Shown: positions 32,301 through 41,371 of the stretch, piece by piece | Layout of the letters: each line of letters starts with the position of its first letter | Numbering within the stretch: position 1 is the stretch's first letter | Assembly: GCA_044376115.1 (NCBI GenBank) | Contig: JBILLK010000012.1 | Location: 160,001 to 224,000, forward strand | Direction: 5' to 3' | Length of the DNA: 64,000 nt | Source of the DNA: Polyangiaceae bacterium | GTDB lineage: Bacteria > Myxococcota_A > Polyangia > Polyangiales > Polyangiaceae | The notes under the pieces: generated by a model | Databases searched by the model: none | What the model was told of the DNA's origin: nothing | The model's input: only the letters and a program-made list of their open reading frames with translations | Translations under genes and position numbers: made by a program

Positions 32301-33215
32301 GCTCGCTTGATGCGAATTGAGGCGTTTCCCGCCGTCGTTGAGGACAAGCTCGGCCGTCCGCCGGTCTTCCCAATGGAAAAGGCGGAGCGCTTCGGAGCGC
32401 TTGCGGTGGTCCTGCCAAAGCAAGGCGCCAACGGGGAAGACACCTGGCTATTCCCCGATGGGAAGTACACGCCCTTCGGTTACCTGCCAGGATCATTGCG
32501 CGGGCAACCTGCAGTTTTGCTATCCGAAAAACTCGAGAAGGCTTTGGCGAGCGGAGCCGGTACCGTCGACGGCGTCAAGAACACCGGTACCGTGAAGCTC
32601 CGCGCCGACGGCAGCGCTACCTTCGCCCTCAAGCAAGAATTCAGCGGGAAGCTGGCGATCGTTCTCAGGAACGAGATCCAGAAGATTCCGGATGTTGACC
32701 GTCTCAAAGCAGCCCTGGAAGCTGAGCTACTTCCGCAAGCTCTGCCAGGTGCGCGCATTCTTTCGTTCGAGGTCAAGAACCTGGAGAACCTCGATGAGTC
32801 CTTCGTTCTTGAGTTCCAGTTGGAGATCGCTCGCTTTGCCGCACCCAGCGAAGCAGGTCTGCTCGTGCTCCCGCCCTTCTCCGCAAACGTCCAACTGGCG
32901 AGCTTCTTTCAACTGCCGCGACGGGAGACCCCCTTGATCCTACCCAGCGGTGCCAGCCTTCGAACCGAGGTCGATGTGACGGTGGAACTACCAAAGGGCG
33001 CCTCCGTTGCGACCCCGTTCCAAGCTCAATCCGGGGAGAACGCCGGCATTTCCTTCAAGGTTTCAGACGAGTCCTCGGCCGGCAAACTACAGTTTCAGAG
33101 GGTCGTCACGATTCCTGCCCTGCGAGTCGAGCCAGCCGACTATACGGGCTTCGCAAAGTTCGCACGGACGCTGGACGACGCGTTGCACCGAGAGATCCTG
33201 GTGAAGGTTCCCTAA
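29328..33215 (+). CDS. Large lipoprotein with TPR repeats, DUF3857-like and transglutaminase-like domains
   Basis: Lipobox LSGC; helical repeats; RTVKADGS..EP...MPHLAVGDYIE pattern; C-terminal RVEPADY..FAKF. Confidence 0.8.
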   Translation: MIGMRRRRWALAVWTLLSLSGCAATAEQARDPLLAAREAAESSNDPELLGRALLVELIAPGGATTKVSALRARVDGNSQAKGAYASLARALDDELHGSLTSASGHYLQTLEALSSSDSAETALLASFASVRLRMLRGVTDSFFTSNQPRLRTLFERPGRIGYRARTDLLTMLRPEKTTAASRAQFGADGGCMAAARFAGPFGKPANGDIFVRFAAEEPTPWPTAFPPSRADGTSPVVRAGQAEECTLAAVGSPEANAAGTHYVESFITVDQEVTGLLSVSGALAIRINGWEVAKYDPRNFATFANSVVAVRLPAGRHRVVARLLSPSTEMRFIDRWGLPIASRADTDGALPHSLAKPTVEHNHHPLAPWLRAARLVEPGNWPPPPPSLAPIDVEDPVLRYIASALSSSEGHHDLATVLLEPLVKEQARATAASLALAAFAAEEDPIFSKNDARDLAFLYRKEAVNKDARLWYAQLWLLIHTAEKEGEKTALEPLTELARNFPEVPAIGKALYSLYGRLGYRPEQKRVVADLARRFPADVEVLRSYVSSLEEDGKRKEARELAVRVDELAGSRGFAFERAVGRGDWDLARSLLQLDLAEAEGTMREQLALRVEELEVRGGHKAETRGSLEKELELDPTNVKKSMGLADFLLSRGDHTALRAALAQAHRDGTDPSEVRDAIELVDGETDLSPFRIDGLAEIRAYEASGAAQAGQQKTRGGTAARVLDYATLWVYRDGSARMLEHEILHMQSSEAIARHAEQQLPNGKLLRIRTVKADGSIHEPEIVSGKPTATMPHLAVGDYIETETLIDLPGDGRGERFISPRWFFREEGVDYQRSEFVVVTPRLRELVVETTGDVPAPAVQENGQVIVRRFRVDKSPALPNEPFSAPASEFLPSVRFGWGIDEKTTLDRLRDATLDLEPEDPRLVRVARTIITESSKSEEQLELLAKIPTRERAKRLYRWVLENIEPGNESDARRSIMARSGSPVRAFLYLARLMRIEAFPAVVEDKLGRPPVFPMEKAERFGALAVVLPKQGANGEDTWLFPDGKYTPFGYLPGSLRGQPAVLLSEKLEKALASGAGTVDGVKNTGTVKLRADGSATFALKQEFSGKLAIVLRNEIQKIPDVDRLKAALEAELLPQALPGARILSFEVKNLENLDESFVLEFQLEIARFAAPSEAGLLVLPPFSANVQLASFFQLPRRETPLILPSGASLRTEVDVTVELPKGASVATPFQAQSGENAGISFKVSDESSAGKLQFQRVVTIPALRVEPADYTGFAKFARTLDDALHREILVKVP

Positions 33216-33218
33216 GTC

Positions 33219-33593
33219 ATGAGCAACATTCGCACGTACATGATTCACCTCGACGGCATCCGCTTCCGTGGTCGCCATGGCGCCTCGCGGGCCGAGCGGG
33301 ACCTGCCGCAAGACTTCGTCGCCACCTTGGACGTGGAACTCGAGATTGGCGCGTTCCCACGCTCAGACACGAAGAAGGGCCTCGTGGACTACGGGCACCT
33401 CGCTGAGCTGGTCGTCACGGAGGGTACGAGCGCAAGCTACAGACTGCTCGAAACACTTGGCGCACGCCTGATCGACCGCATTCTCGAAGAATCACCGGCG
33501 ATCAGTGTCCGCGTGCGCATCAAGAAGTTTGGTCCGCCCACCGCGGTAAGCGTGGACGCCGCATCGATCGAACTCTACGCAACGCGCGCCTAA
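33219..33593 (+). CDS. folB: Dihydroneopterin aldolase
   Basis: IRFRGRHG...ER...Q.F, VDYG, LLETLG, VRIKK. Confidence 0.9.
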   Translation: MSNIRTYMIHLDGIRFRGRHGASRAERDLPQDFVATLDVELEIGAFPRSDTKKGLVDYGHLAELVVTEGTSASYRLLETLGARLIDRILEESPAISVRVRIKKFGPPTAVSVDAASIELYATRA

Positions 33594-33605
33594 CCTGAGG
33601 ACACA

Positions 33606-34151
33606 ATGAATCCGCTTCACGACGTAGCTCTCCCGCCTTCCTTCGAAGACTGCTTTCCCGCGATTGTCGAAATCTCCGCCGGCTCAAACCTCAAGTACGA
33701 ACTCGACAAAGAGACAGGCCTGCTACGGCTCGACCGTGTGCTTTATTCAGCGGTGCACTATCCCTGCAACTACGGCTTCATCCCTCAAACACACGCCGAC
33801 GATGGGGACCCCCTCGACATCTTGGTGATCATGCAGGCCGCGGTTCATCCGCTGACGATCGTCCGCGCGCGAGCGATTGGCGGCTTCAAGATGAGGGATG
33901 ACAAGGGTGAAGATGACAAGATCATCGCTGTCTGCGTCGATGATCCCGCGGTCAGCCACTATCAGGCCACGACCGAGCTACCACCCCACCTGCTCAAGGA
34001 GCTGCGTCGGTTCTTTCAAGACTACAAGTCGCTTGAGGGAAAGTTCTCTGAGGTGGACGAGCTCTACAACCAAGCGCGCGCGGTTTCAGTGATTCAGGGG
34101 GCGGCGCTCGGCTACAAGAAACAGTACGGCGAAAAGCCCGCCGGGCAGTGA
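33606..34151 (+). CDS. ppa: Inorganic pyrophosphatase (family I)
   Basis: KYELDK, YPCNYGFIPQT, DGDPLD, DDKII, FFQDYK. Confidence 0.96.
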   Translation: MNPLHDVALPPSFEDCFPAIVEISAGSNLKYELDKETGLLRLDRVLYSAVHYPCNYGFIPQTHADDGDPLDILVIMQAAVHPLTIVRARAIGGFKMRDDKGEDDKIIAVCVDDPAVSHYQATTELPPHLLKELRRFFQDYKSLEGKFSEVDELYNQARAVSVIQGAALGYKKQYGEKPAGQ

Positions 34152-35314
34152 CAAGCGATCAAGAGAAGAGGGCGCTGTTGCCTCTTCTCTACCTCACCCA
34201 CTTCTCCTCGTTCGGCGTGTTCATGCCGTTCTTCCCCGTGTGGCTGCAAGCCCGCGGGGTCACGGGTATCAAGCTCGGTGCACTGCTCGCGACGCCTCCC
34301 TTGGTGGGAATCCTGGCGCCTATCGTGAGCGGGCTCATTGCTGATGCGCTCGGTCTGCGCGCCAAGCTGCTCACGGCGGCGGCGGTGCTCGCCTGCGTTG
34401 CGAGTCTCGCGATAGCAGCTTCGGCTGCGGCTCTCTCCGGGACTCCCTTGGTTGGTCCGCTCGCTGTCCTAATAGCGTTGGTTGCAATTGCACGCGCACC
34501 GCTATTCGGGCTGGCCGACGTGTTGGCGCTCGAGACGCTAGGTGCCAATCGCGCAGCCTTCGGGCGATTTCGCCTTTGGGGTAGCGCAGGCTTTTTGTTG
34601 GCGGTGGTGCTCTACCCAACCGTATTTGAACCAACGGCGCCCATCGCATTACCCGCGGCAATGGCGCTCGGCTTCTTCTGCACAATCCTGGTAACCCTCC
34701 GGCTGCCGCGTACAACCACACGGCTGGGCTTCGATCTGACTGGCGCAATTCGCATGATGCGCAAACACGCAGGGTTCTTTGGGACCTTGGCGTTATGGCA
34801 ACTAGGAAATGCCACCTACGATTCCACCTTTACCCAGCACCTGCAGTCGTTAGGTATGCCACAGTCCCTGATGGGCGCCACTTGGGGACTGGGAGTCATC
34901 GCTGAGATTGCAGCCATGGCCGTAACCGCTCAACTCCTAAGGCGGGTTAGCACCCGGCGACTACTCTTGCTCGGGCTAGCCATCTCCAGCGCGCGCTGGG
35001 CTTTTACTAGTCTGACAACGAGTCTTTGGGGCGTTGCGGCCTTGCAGCTCCTACACGCTGGGAGCTTTGCGTTAACCTGGACGGTTGCCAACACGATGCT
35101 CCCCAAGCTAGCGACGGATGGCCGCCTGGCTACTACGCAAGGAGCGGTCACAACCGCGGCAGCGATTGGCAGCGCCGCCGGCATGTTCGTGTGGCCGCAT
35201 CTCTATCGCGAACACGGGGCTACAGTCGTATTTGGAGGTGGGGCTTTGGCGGCGTTTGGCGCGACCGTTTGCTTTGCTCTATGGCGCCCACCGCCGGCGA
35301 TTTTTAGCCATTAA
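34148..35314 (+). CDS. MFS transporter (HcaT/MFS_1-like)
   Basis: GVFMPFFPVWLQARG, FGRFRLWGSAGF, GVIAEI, QLLHAGSF; about 12 TM helices. Confidence 0.88.
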   Translation: MTSDQEKRALLPLLYLTHFSSFGVFMPFFPVWLQARGVTGIKLGALLATPPLVGILAPIVSGLIADALGLRAKLLTAAAVLACVASLAIAASAAALSGTPLVGPLAVLIALVAIARAPLFGLADVLALETLGANRAAFGRFRLWGSAGFLLAVVLYPTVFEPTAPIALPAAMALGFFCTILVTLRLPRTTTRLGFDLTGAIRMMRKHAGFFGTLALWQLGNATYDSTFTQHLQSLGMPQSLMGATWGLGVIAEIAAMAVTAQLLRRVSTRRLLLLGLAISSARWAFTSLTTSLWGVAALQLLHAGSFALTWTVANTMLPKLATDGRLATTQGAVTTAAAIGSAAGMFVWPHLYREHGATVVFGGGALAAFGATVCFALWRPPPAIFSH

Positions 35315-35372
35315 TCAGGAGCCAAGGTTCGACTGCAATGGGTTGCTGTCGATGCTCGGCTCCCGAGCCGCT

Positions 35373-36542
35373 TCAGGCTGGGATGGTCTGACAGCCAACC
35401 TTTACCTTGATGGTTCCAGCATCGTCGTTCTGAACCTTGGTACACGCGGCGGGGCAGAGGATGATCAGCGTTGGGTCAGCCGGGTTATCGTAATACCAAC
35501 TCTCCCCATTACCGCAGGCAGCCTCGTTAGCGACATTGCCGAGTAGCTGCTCGTCGGTCGAACCACCGGGCGTAAACCCAACGTTGACCAGCTGAGGATC
35601 GAGCGGCTGGCCATTGGTAGGCTCGGGAATACCAAACTCACAAGCGAGCTGCTCACCTTGGATAGCCTGCAACGCTGCAAGTAAATCTGCCTGCGTATTG
35701 CCATTACCGACGACGAAGCTGGCCCCGCCACCGGCTTGGGCAATCGTCTGCAGGTCTCCAGTGTTGGAGCCCTGCAGACCAATCGTGTAGGTGATGATGC
35801 CTTCTGCCAGACCGCCTGCAGCGATATTGGAGATCGCTCCAATTCCTTCTTGGCACCCGTTCGGCTCCCCATCCGTAACTAGAATTGCGACAGCCTTGTG
35901 GGTTGGGTTCTGCGCGACGTACTCCGAGCTGAATTGTAGCGCCCCCTCGAGCGCCGCAGAGATGGGCGTTGCACCGCTTGGGTCGATGAGGTTGATGGCG
36001 GAGACAAGCGCGTTCTCCTGGGTATCAGCCGGCGCGGGGTCAGCGGTCAACGGGCCAACAGGGACGTCTGGCGTGGCACAGGCGGCAACGTTGCACGCGT
36101 TCTCGTCACAACCCTGCCGCGGAAAGAAGCGGAGCGCCACAAGGAGGTCGGCCGCCGCGGGGTCGGCGAAGAAGGACTTCAACGCCGTCGTGGCGTTGTT
36201 CCACTTGTTGTTGTCGCTCATCGAGCCCGACTTGTCGAAGGTGATGAACATCATCAGTGGAACACGCTCAGCGACCATCGAGTCGCCAGCGCATTCCTCC
36301 GCGCCACCACCACCGCCTACTCCCTCGAAGGAGCCAGTGCTACCGCCGGTACCGTTGCCATTCCCGTTACCGTTGCCGTTACCGTTGCCGTTACCGTTCC
36401 CATTTCCGTTGCCGCTTCCACTGCCACCGTCGTTGTTGTTCGCCGTCCCCGAGCTTAGGTCGGTGGCGGGTGTGCACGCCGGGCCGAGCGCCAACATTGC
36501 TGAGAAGGCGAAGACACTGGTGAAGCGACGACAGAGGCTCAT
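35373..36542 (-). CDS. VWA-domain Cys-rich lipoprotein
   Basis: Lipobox GPAC; Gly/Asn linker; MIDAS DKSGS...T...TDG; Cys-rich C-terminal domain. Confidence 0.88.
   Translation of the reverse strand: MSLCRRFTSVFAFSAMLALGPACTPATDLSSGTANNNDGGSGSGNGNGNGNGNGNGNGNGNGNGTGGSTGSFEGVGGGGGAEECAGDSMVAERVPLMMFITFDKSGSMSDNNKWNNATTALKSFFADPAAADLLVALRFFPRQGCDENACNVAACATPDVPVGPLTADPAPADTQENALVSAINLIDPSGATPISAALEGALQFSSEYVAQNPTHKAVAILVTDGEPNGCQEGIGAISNIAAGGLAEGIITYTIGLQGSNTGDLQTIAQAGGGASFVVGNGNTQADLLAALQAIQGEQLACEFGIPEPTNGQPLDPQLVNVGFTPGGSTDEQLLGNVANEAACGNGESWYYDNPADPTLIILCPAACTKVQNDDAGTIKVKVGCQTIPA
36351..36413 (-). repeat. (Gly-Asn)10 coding repeat
   Basis: 6-bp periodicity with mixed synonymous codons. 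Confidence 0.9.
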
Positions 36543-36668
36543 GGCCTCTACCTCAGCAAACACCCTGCCACACACAATGGCTGCTTTTTCTGCGAAGACC
36601 GTTCGTTCGCTGGGGTCACGGTGGATCCTGAACTGGATCCACCATTATCCACTTCAGCGGAGGCCAGG

Positions 36669-38348
36669 TCAGTCCTTAGCGACTTCCTTCGCCCAAGAAT
36701 CGCGCAAGGTCACCGTGCGATTGACGATCAGCCCACCTCCGCTCGCGGGCTGCTCAATCACGTAGTAGCCCATACGCTCAAACTGCAGGCGAACTCCCTC
36801 AGCAACGCCACCGAGATGCGCTTCAGCCAAGCCCGTTAGCACCTCCAAAGACTTGGGGTTGAGGTTCTTCCGGTAGTCCTCTCCCTCCTCTACGGCGGCG
36901 GGATTGGGCGCGGCAAATAGCCGGTCGTAGTTCCGGACCTCGCAGGCAACGCCATGATCCCGCGCAACCCAGTGGATAACGCCCTTCACTTTGCGCTGTT
37001 CCTTCGAGGGGTCGAGGCTATCGGGATCGAAGCTGCACTTGAGCCCAACAACCTCTCCCGCGTCGTTCTTCTCGACCTCGTCGCAGCGGATGATTGGCCC
37101 ATAACGAAGCCGCACCTCCTTGCCGGGTGCCAAGCGAAAGAACTTCTTCGCCGGTTCAAGCATGAAGTCGCTCTCCTCAATCACGAGCTCGCGAGCGAGA
37201 GCCATTTTGCGCGTCCCCATCTCGGTTTTCGTTGGGTGAAGTGGCGCTTCGATCCAACGCACCTCATCTGCAGGCCAGTTGGTAAGGGTGACTTTGAGCG
37301 GCTTCTGAACCACCAAGACACGGGCAGCCTGAGAATCCAGCGACTCGCGAATGCAATGATCGAGGAGCTCAATCTCAACCGACTGAGCATTCTTCGCTAC
37401 GCCAACGCGCTCACAAAGATCACGCAACGCCTCAGGTGGAACACCGCGGCGACGAAAGCCCGCCAGCGTGGGCATTCGCGGGTCGGACCAACCGCTGACC
37501 ACCTTGGTCTCAACCAACTCCTTCAGCTTGCGTTTGCTGGTGAGTAGGTAGGTGACCTCGAGCCTCGCAAACTCGATCTGCTGCGGGCGTTCACCAAAGC
37601 CGAGCATCTCCAAACACCAATCGTAGAGCGGCCGATGGTCCTCGAACTCGAGCGTGCAGATGGAGTGGGTCGTGCCTTCAATGGCGTCCGAGAGCGCGTG
37701 CGCAAAGTCATACATCGGGTAGATCACCCAAGTCGTACCGGTGCGCGGATGCGGGTCGCGCTTGATGCGGTAGAGCACCGGGTCGCGGAGATTGAAGTTG
37801 GGGGAGGCCATATCGATCTTGGCGCGTAACGTGTGTGACCCGTCCGGGAACTCCCCTGCCCGCATGCGACGGAAGAGATCGAGATTTTCCTCCACGCTCC
37901 GTTCCCGATGAGGGCTGTTCACGCCTGGGGTACCAGGCACCCCACGAAGCTCGCGCATTTGGTCCGAGCTGAGGTCACAAACGAAGGCCTTGCCCAACGT
38001 GATGAGCTTCTCCGCGCCTTGATAAATCTGCTCGAAGTAATCGGAGGCGTAGCGAAGATTGGCCCCCCAGTCGAACCCCAGCCACTTCACGTCCTCTTGG
38101 ATCGAGCGGATAAAAATCTCCTCCTCGGTCGCGGGGTTCGTGTCGTCAAAGCGTAAGAAGCACGGTCCGTCGAAGTCGCGGCCCAGCCCGAAGTTGAGGC
38201 AAATGCTCTTGGCATGGCCAATGTGCAAAAACCCGTTGGGCTCCGGCGGAAACCGGGTCTGCACCCGCCCTCCGCGTTTCCCGTGTTGTCGATCCTCTTG
38301 GATGATCTGACGAATGAAGTCGCTCTTCTGCACCATCTCGCCGGACAT
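36669..38348 (-). CDS. glnS: Glutamine--tRNA ligase
   Basis: TRFPPEPNGFLHIGHAK, RFDDTNP, YPMYDFAH, THSICTLEF, QFERMGY; start 38348 or 38336. Confidence 0.96.
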   Translation of the reverse strand: MSGEMVQKSDFIRQIIQEDRQHGKRGGRVQTRFPPEPNGFLHIGHAKSICLNFGLGRDFDGPCFLRFDDTNPATEEEIFIRSIQEDVKWLGFDWGANLRYASDYFEQIYQGAEKLITLGKAFVCDLSSDQMRELRGVPGTPGVNSPHRERSVEENLDLFRRMRAGEFPDGSHTLRAKIDMASPNFNLRDPVLYRIKRDPHPRTGTTWVIYPMYDFAHALSDAIEGTTHSICTLEFEDHRPLYDWCLEMLGFGERPQQIEFARLEVTYLLTSKRKLKELVETKVVSGWSDPRMPTLAGFRRRGVPPEALRDLCERVGVAKNAQSVEIELLDHCIRESLDSQAARVLVVQKPLKVTLTNWPADEVRWIEAPLHPTKTEMGTRKMALARELVIEESDFMLEPAKKFFRLAPGKEVRLRYGPIIRCDEVEKNDAGEVVGLKCSFDPDSLDPSKEQRKVKGVIHWVARDHGVACEVRNYDRLFAAPNPAAVEEGEDYRKNLNPKSLEVLTGLAEAHLGGVAEGVRLQFERMGYYVIEQPASGGGLIVNRTVTLRDSWAKEVAKD

Positions 38349-38493
38349 GACGCTGGGTCTACTCGTGGGCTGACGCGCCGCCAAGGCCTCTCGGTCCACC
38401 GGCGAGAGCCCGACCTTGGGAGCGCTGACTCCGCCGCTCGGGCCGCTCACTGGTCAGCTTTTGGCGCGAGTGGACGTCCTGCTCGATATCCGC

Positions 38494-38521
38494 TTGACGC
38501 TCTTGCCGAAGCGAGTAGGGT
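38494..38521 (+). promoter_or_regulatory. Sigma70-like promoter for the tRNA
   Basis: TTGACG-16 bp-TAGGGT ending 13 bp before the tRNA. Confidence 0.55.
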
Positions 38522-38534
38522 CAGCGCCGTCTTT

Positions 38535-38607
<73 letters not shown>

Positions 38608-38637
38608 CCCACCGGGGACCCCAAATTCCCGGAGACA

Positions 38638-38674
38638 GCGGCTTCGAGCTTCGGCTCGAGGCCGTTTTGCTTTT
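38638..38674 (+). terminator. Rho-independent terminator after tRNA-Ala
   Basis: GCGGCTTCGAGC-TTCG-GCTCGAGGCCGT followed by TTTGCTTTT. Confidence 0.85.
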
Positions 38675-38704
38675 CGAATCGGTGCTGCTCGAATCGGGGA
38701 AGAA

Positions 38705-40588
38705 CTAGAACACATTGCGGAGGATGGTGCCGACGCCACTCGAACTAACTTCTCCGGAGGAAAGGCAAACCTCAACCGGAGCAAGTACCTGCCCGAACTG
38801 ACAGGCGAGGTCACTCCCGTCACCGCCCACGTCCACCGAGAACGAGCCATCCGGCAGATAGGCCACGGCGGATTCCTTGCCTTGGGCGAACACAGCGACC
38901 CGACGGTTCGACTTCGACATCACCGCCAAAGTGCCGCTGCTAGAGTCGACAAACACGCTCAGCCCACGCGCAGACAACTCCACCGTTTGCACGAGAGGAA
39001 GCTGAGGAAAGTTGGGCAGCGCAAAGCCAAGGCGCACCACATCGAGCGGGGATGTTCCCAGCTCCAGATCAAATCGGCTGAGCAGAGGGGACGAGTTCCC
39101 GAGTTCTCCAGGTACGCCATCGACTGGTTCTCCGTTCTGCGCCATCACGCGGATCCCATCAATAACGAGATGCCGCACATCATCGGAGAACCAGATGGGG
39201 ATAGGGGACTCGAGACCCTTGTTTGGTAGGTACTGGTTCCATAGTTGGCGGGCCGTTGCAGCCTCGTAAACCGCCACCGAAAGCTCGGTTCCCGTCGAGC
39301 TGGCGCGAGAAAGTATCGCAGCTACGAGTTTTCCGTCCGGGCTCACGGTCTCGAATCGTGCGTTCTCCGGGAGGCTCGTCGTGTTGCCGGCGACGACGCG
39401 TGTCCACCCCAACGGCGGCTGCGGTAGGTGCGCAATGACACCGAGCCCGTGGCTGGGATAGCAACGTTGTAGCGCGCCGGGCACGGACTTGAGTTTGGGA
39501 AACGGCTCACCTGGAGCGTCAACACAAAGCTGCTGCGCATCTTTCGTAAATAGCAAATTAACCAATTGCTTCGTTGGCAATACTTTAGTTACGGGCTGCT
39601 CTCGCCCCGAGGAAAAGCGCAACAAGTTAATGCCATCCCCTGGCTCCAGACTCGCTAACGCACCGCCATCCGGGCTGAGAACAGCGGAAACAAGGCTGCG
39701 CGAATTAGGCACCAGTGCTCGGCTCACAACGGCGCTATCCGCGAGCGCGACCACGGATACCGCGAGCGAGTCTCCGGTTGAAGGCTCAGCCACGGCCACG
39801 CGCCCAGCACCTTCAGCGACAAAGTAGTCCCACGAGGCAGACTCGCGCTTGTCTGGTAAGTCCAACCGAGCGTACCTGCGCTTGGCCCCCTGCTCGGTTC
39901 GATGCATTAGATGCGTTGTTCCCTGCTGAGTGCGATACAGAACCGCCCCCAAAGCAGGCGACTCAAACTCCGCCGTTTTCGTTTGGGTATCGATCAACAA
40001 CGCCCGATTGAGCCCTCGGGCCAACACAAAGCGCTCCTCGCCCAGAGGCGCGGACAGCTTTGCGCTTGGCTCTGCCGTCAATTGAGTGGGCTCGTCCTTG
40101 AACAACGTTAGCGACCCCGCCTCGAAGGTTAGTACGGTATCCCCAACCGCCAAAACCTGCGGCGCGGCGATCCGTAACCCGGTACCAGCCCAACTCGCGA
40201 CCTCAACCGGGTTGCCGTGCGGCAGGAGCCGAACTTCTTCGCGCCCGTGAAGGTTCCTGACGGAGGCGACGACCACCGGTCGACCAGCGCTGCCCGTCAA
40301 CGCAGCTAGCGCTTGTTTGGCGCGGCGAAGGGTCTTTCGCTGAGCGTCGTCGCTTTCGTTACGAGCACGGCTGAGCAGCCGAACCACAAGGGCGAATGAA
40401 TCCGGTACTGCCTCGTCGGGCCCAGCCGTAGCGGCCTTTTGCGCGCTCGCCTCGGGCTTGGGTTGCGGCTCAAACTCGAGCGCGGCTTCGGGAGCAGCAG
40501 CGCACGCCGTCAACGCGTAGAGCAGCGCCCACAAACCAAGCGAACCGTACGCGTGTGGAGCAGTGAAGGGCTCAAGCGAATTTCCCAT
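38705..40588 (-). CDS. Beta-propeller-like (WD40/YVTN-type) putative lipoprotein
   Basis: LTAC lipobox-like motif; LSPDGG, VSPDGK, FSDD and YLPDG blade motifs; start uncertain. Confidence 0.6.
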   Translation of the reverse strand: MGNSLEPFTAPHAYGSLGLWALLYALTACAAAPEAALEFEPQPKPEASAQKAATAGPDEAVPDSFALVVRLLSRARNESDDAQRKTLRRAKQALAALTGSAGRPVVVASVRNLHGREEVRLLPHGNPVEVASWAGTGLRIAAPQVLAVGDTVLTFEAGSLTLFKDEPTQLTAEPSAKLSAPLGEERFVLARGLNRALLIDTQTKTAEFESPALGAVLYRTQQGTTHLMHRTEQGAKRRYARLDLPDKRESASWDYFVAEGAGRVAVAEPSTGDSLAVSVVALADSAVVSRALVPNSRSLVSAVLSPDGGALASLEPGDGINLLRFSSGREQPVTKVLPTKQLVNLLFTKDAQQLCVDAPGEPFPKLKSVPGALQRCYPSHGLGVIAHLPQPPLGWTRVVAGNTTSLPENARFETVSPDGKLVAAILSRASSTGTELSVAVYEAATARQLWNQYLPNKGLESPIPIWFSDDVRHLVIDGIRVMAQNGEPVDGVPGELGNSSPLLSRFDLELGTSPLDVVRLGFALPNFPQLPLVQTVELSARGLSVFVDSSSGTLAVMSKSNRRVAVFAQGKESAVAYLPDGSFSVDVGGDGSDLACQFGQVLAPVEVCLSSGEVSSSGVGTILRNVF

Positions 40589-40625
40589 CCGAGATCTTTT
40601 AGCCCGCAATGCTAGCCTTCGCTGG

Positions 40626-41351
40626 TTGAAGCTCACGCTCCGCCTCGCCTTTAGCCTGCTCATGGCCGTGCAATGTAGTCGGACCGAGGAGACCACATTG
40701 ATGGCTTCTTCGAGAGTTGGGTCGGTGAGCTACGGGGCTTCGGCCGATTTGAAATTGGCGCATAGCTCGAGCTCGAGCGCTAACGCCACGTCGACTCGCA
40801 TCGATCCCCCGGCCCTCTCGCCCACGTTTGCGATGCGCGCGTGCGACGCTTGCTGCGCCAAAGATGATCGCGGGAACTGCTTGGCAGGTTGCAACATGAA
40901 CGGGGCCGACGCGCCTGTGGCGACCCCCCGTGGCGAAGTGCCTTTGCGCCGCATACGGCTGGGCGACGAGGTGTTCACCTATGACCGTGGCCAGGTCGTC
41001 GTCACCAGAGTGCTTGCGACGGAGCGCCACGAAGCGCCGCCTATCGACTTCCTGCGGGTCGTTTTGCGCAACGGGGAATCCTTCCTCACGCTGCCCCATC
41101 ACCCCTTCCCGGACGGTGGCTGTACGGCTGAATTTGCGCAGTACCTAGGAGCGGGAATTGTGCTACCGCCGGCCTACTTTGGCATTGCCAAGCTCGAGTC
41201 AGCCGGTAGGGTGGAGGGCCGTGTTTACGAGATCCTGCCTGGCGGAGACACCGGCATTTATTGGGTAAAGGGCATCCCAATGGCTAGCGCCATCCGGCGC
41301 CCACCCATGTCGATCGAGGTCGACGTGGTGCCAGTGCCGGTCAATCCGTGA
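40626..41351 (+). CDS. Putative lipoprotein with C-terminal Hint (intein-like) domain
   Basis: TTG start gives a signal peptide ending AVQC; VATPRGEVPLRRIRLGDEVFT, TLPHHP and VYEILPGGDTGIYWVKGI match Hint blocks; ORF track start 40563. Confidence 0.78.
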   Translation: MKLTLRLAFSLLMAVQCSRTEETTLMASSRVGSVSYGASADLKLAHSSSSSANATSTRIDPPALSPTFAMRACDACCAKDDRGNCLAGCNMNGADAPVATPRGEVPLRRIRLGDEVFTYDRGQVVVTRVLATERHEAPPIDFLRVVLRNGESFLTLPHHPFPDGGCTAEFAQYLGAGIVLPPAYFGIAKLESAGRVEGRVYEILPGGDTGIYWVKGIPMASAIRRPPMSIEVDVVPVPVNP

Positions 41352-41371
41352 GAACTGAGCGAGAGATCAGT

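Noticed and set aside
36620..36644. Hairpin GGTGGATCC/GGATCCACC downstream of glnS as a terminator
   Set aside because: Good stem but no U-tract on the minus strand, so it cannot be called
35791..36765. 324-aa plus-strand ORF with PLPLP repeat
   Set aside because: Antisense shadow of the VWA lipoprotein and its GN repeat
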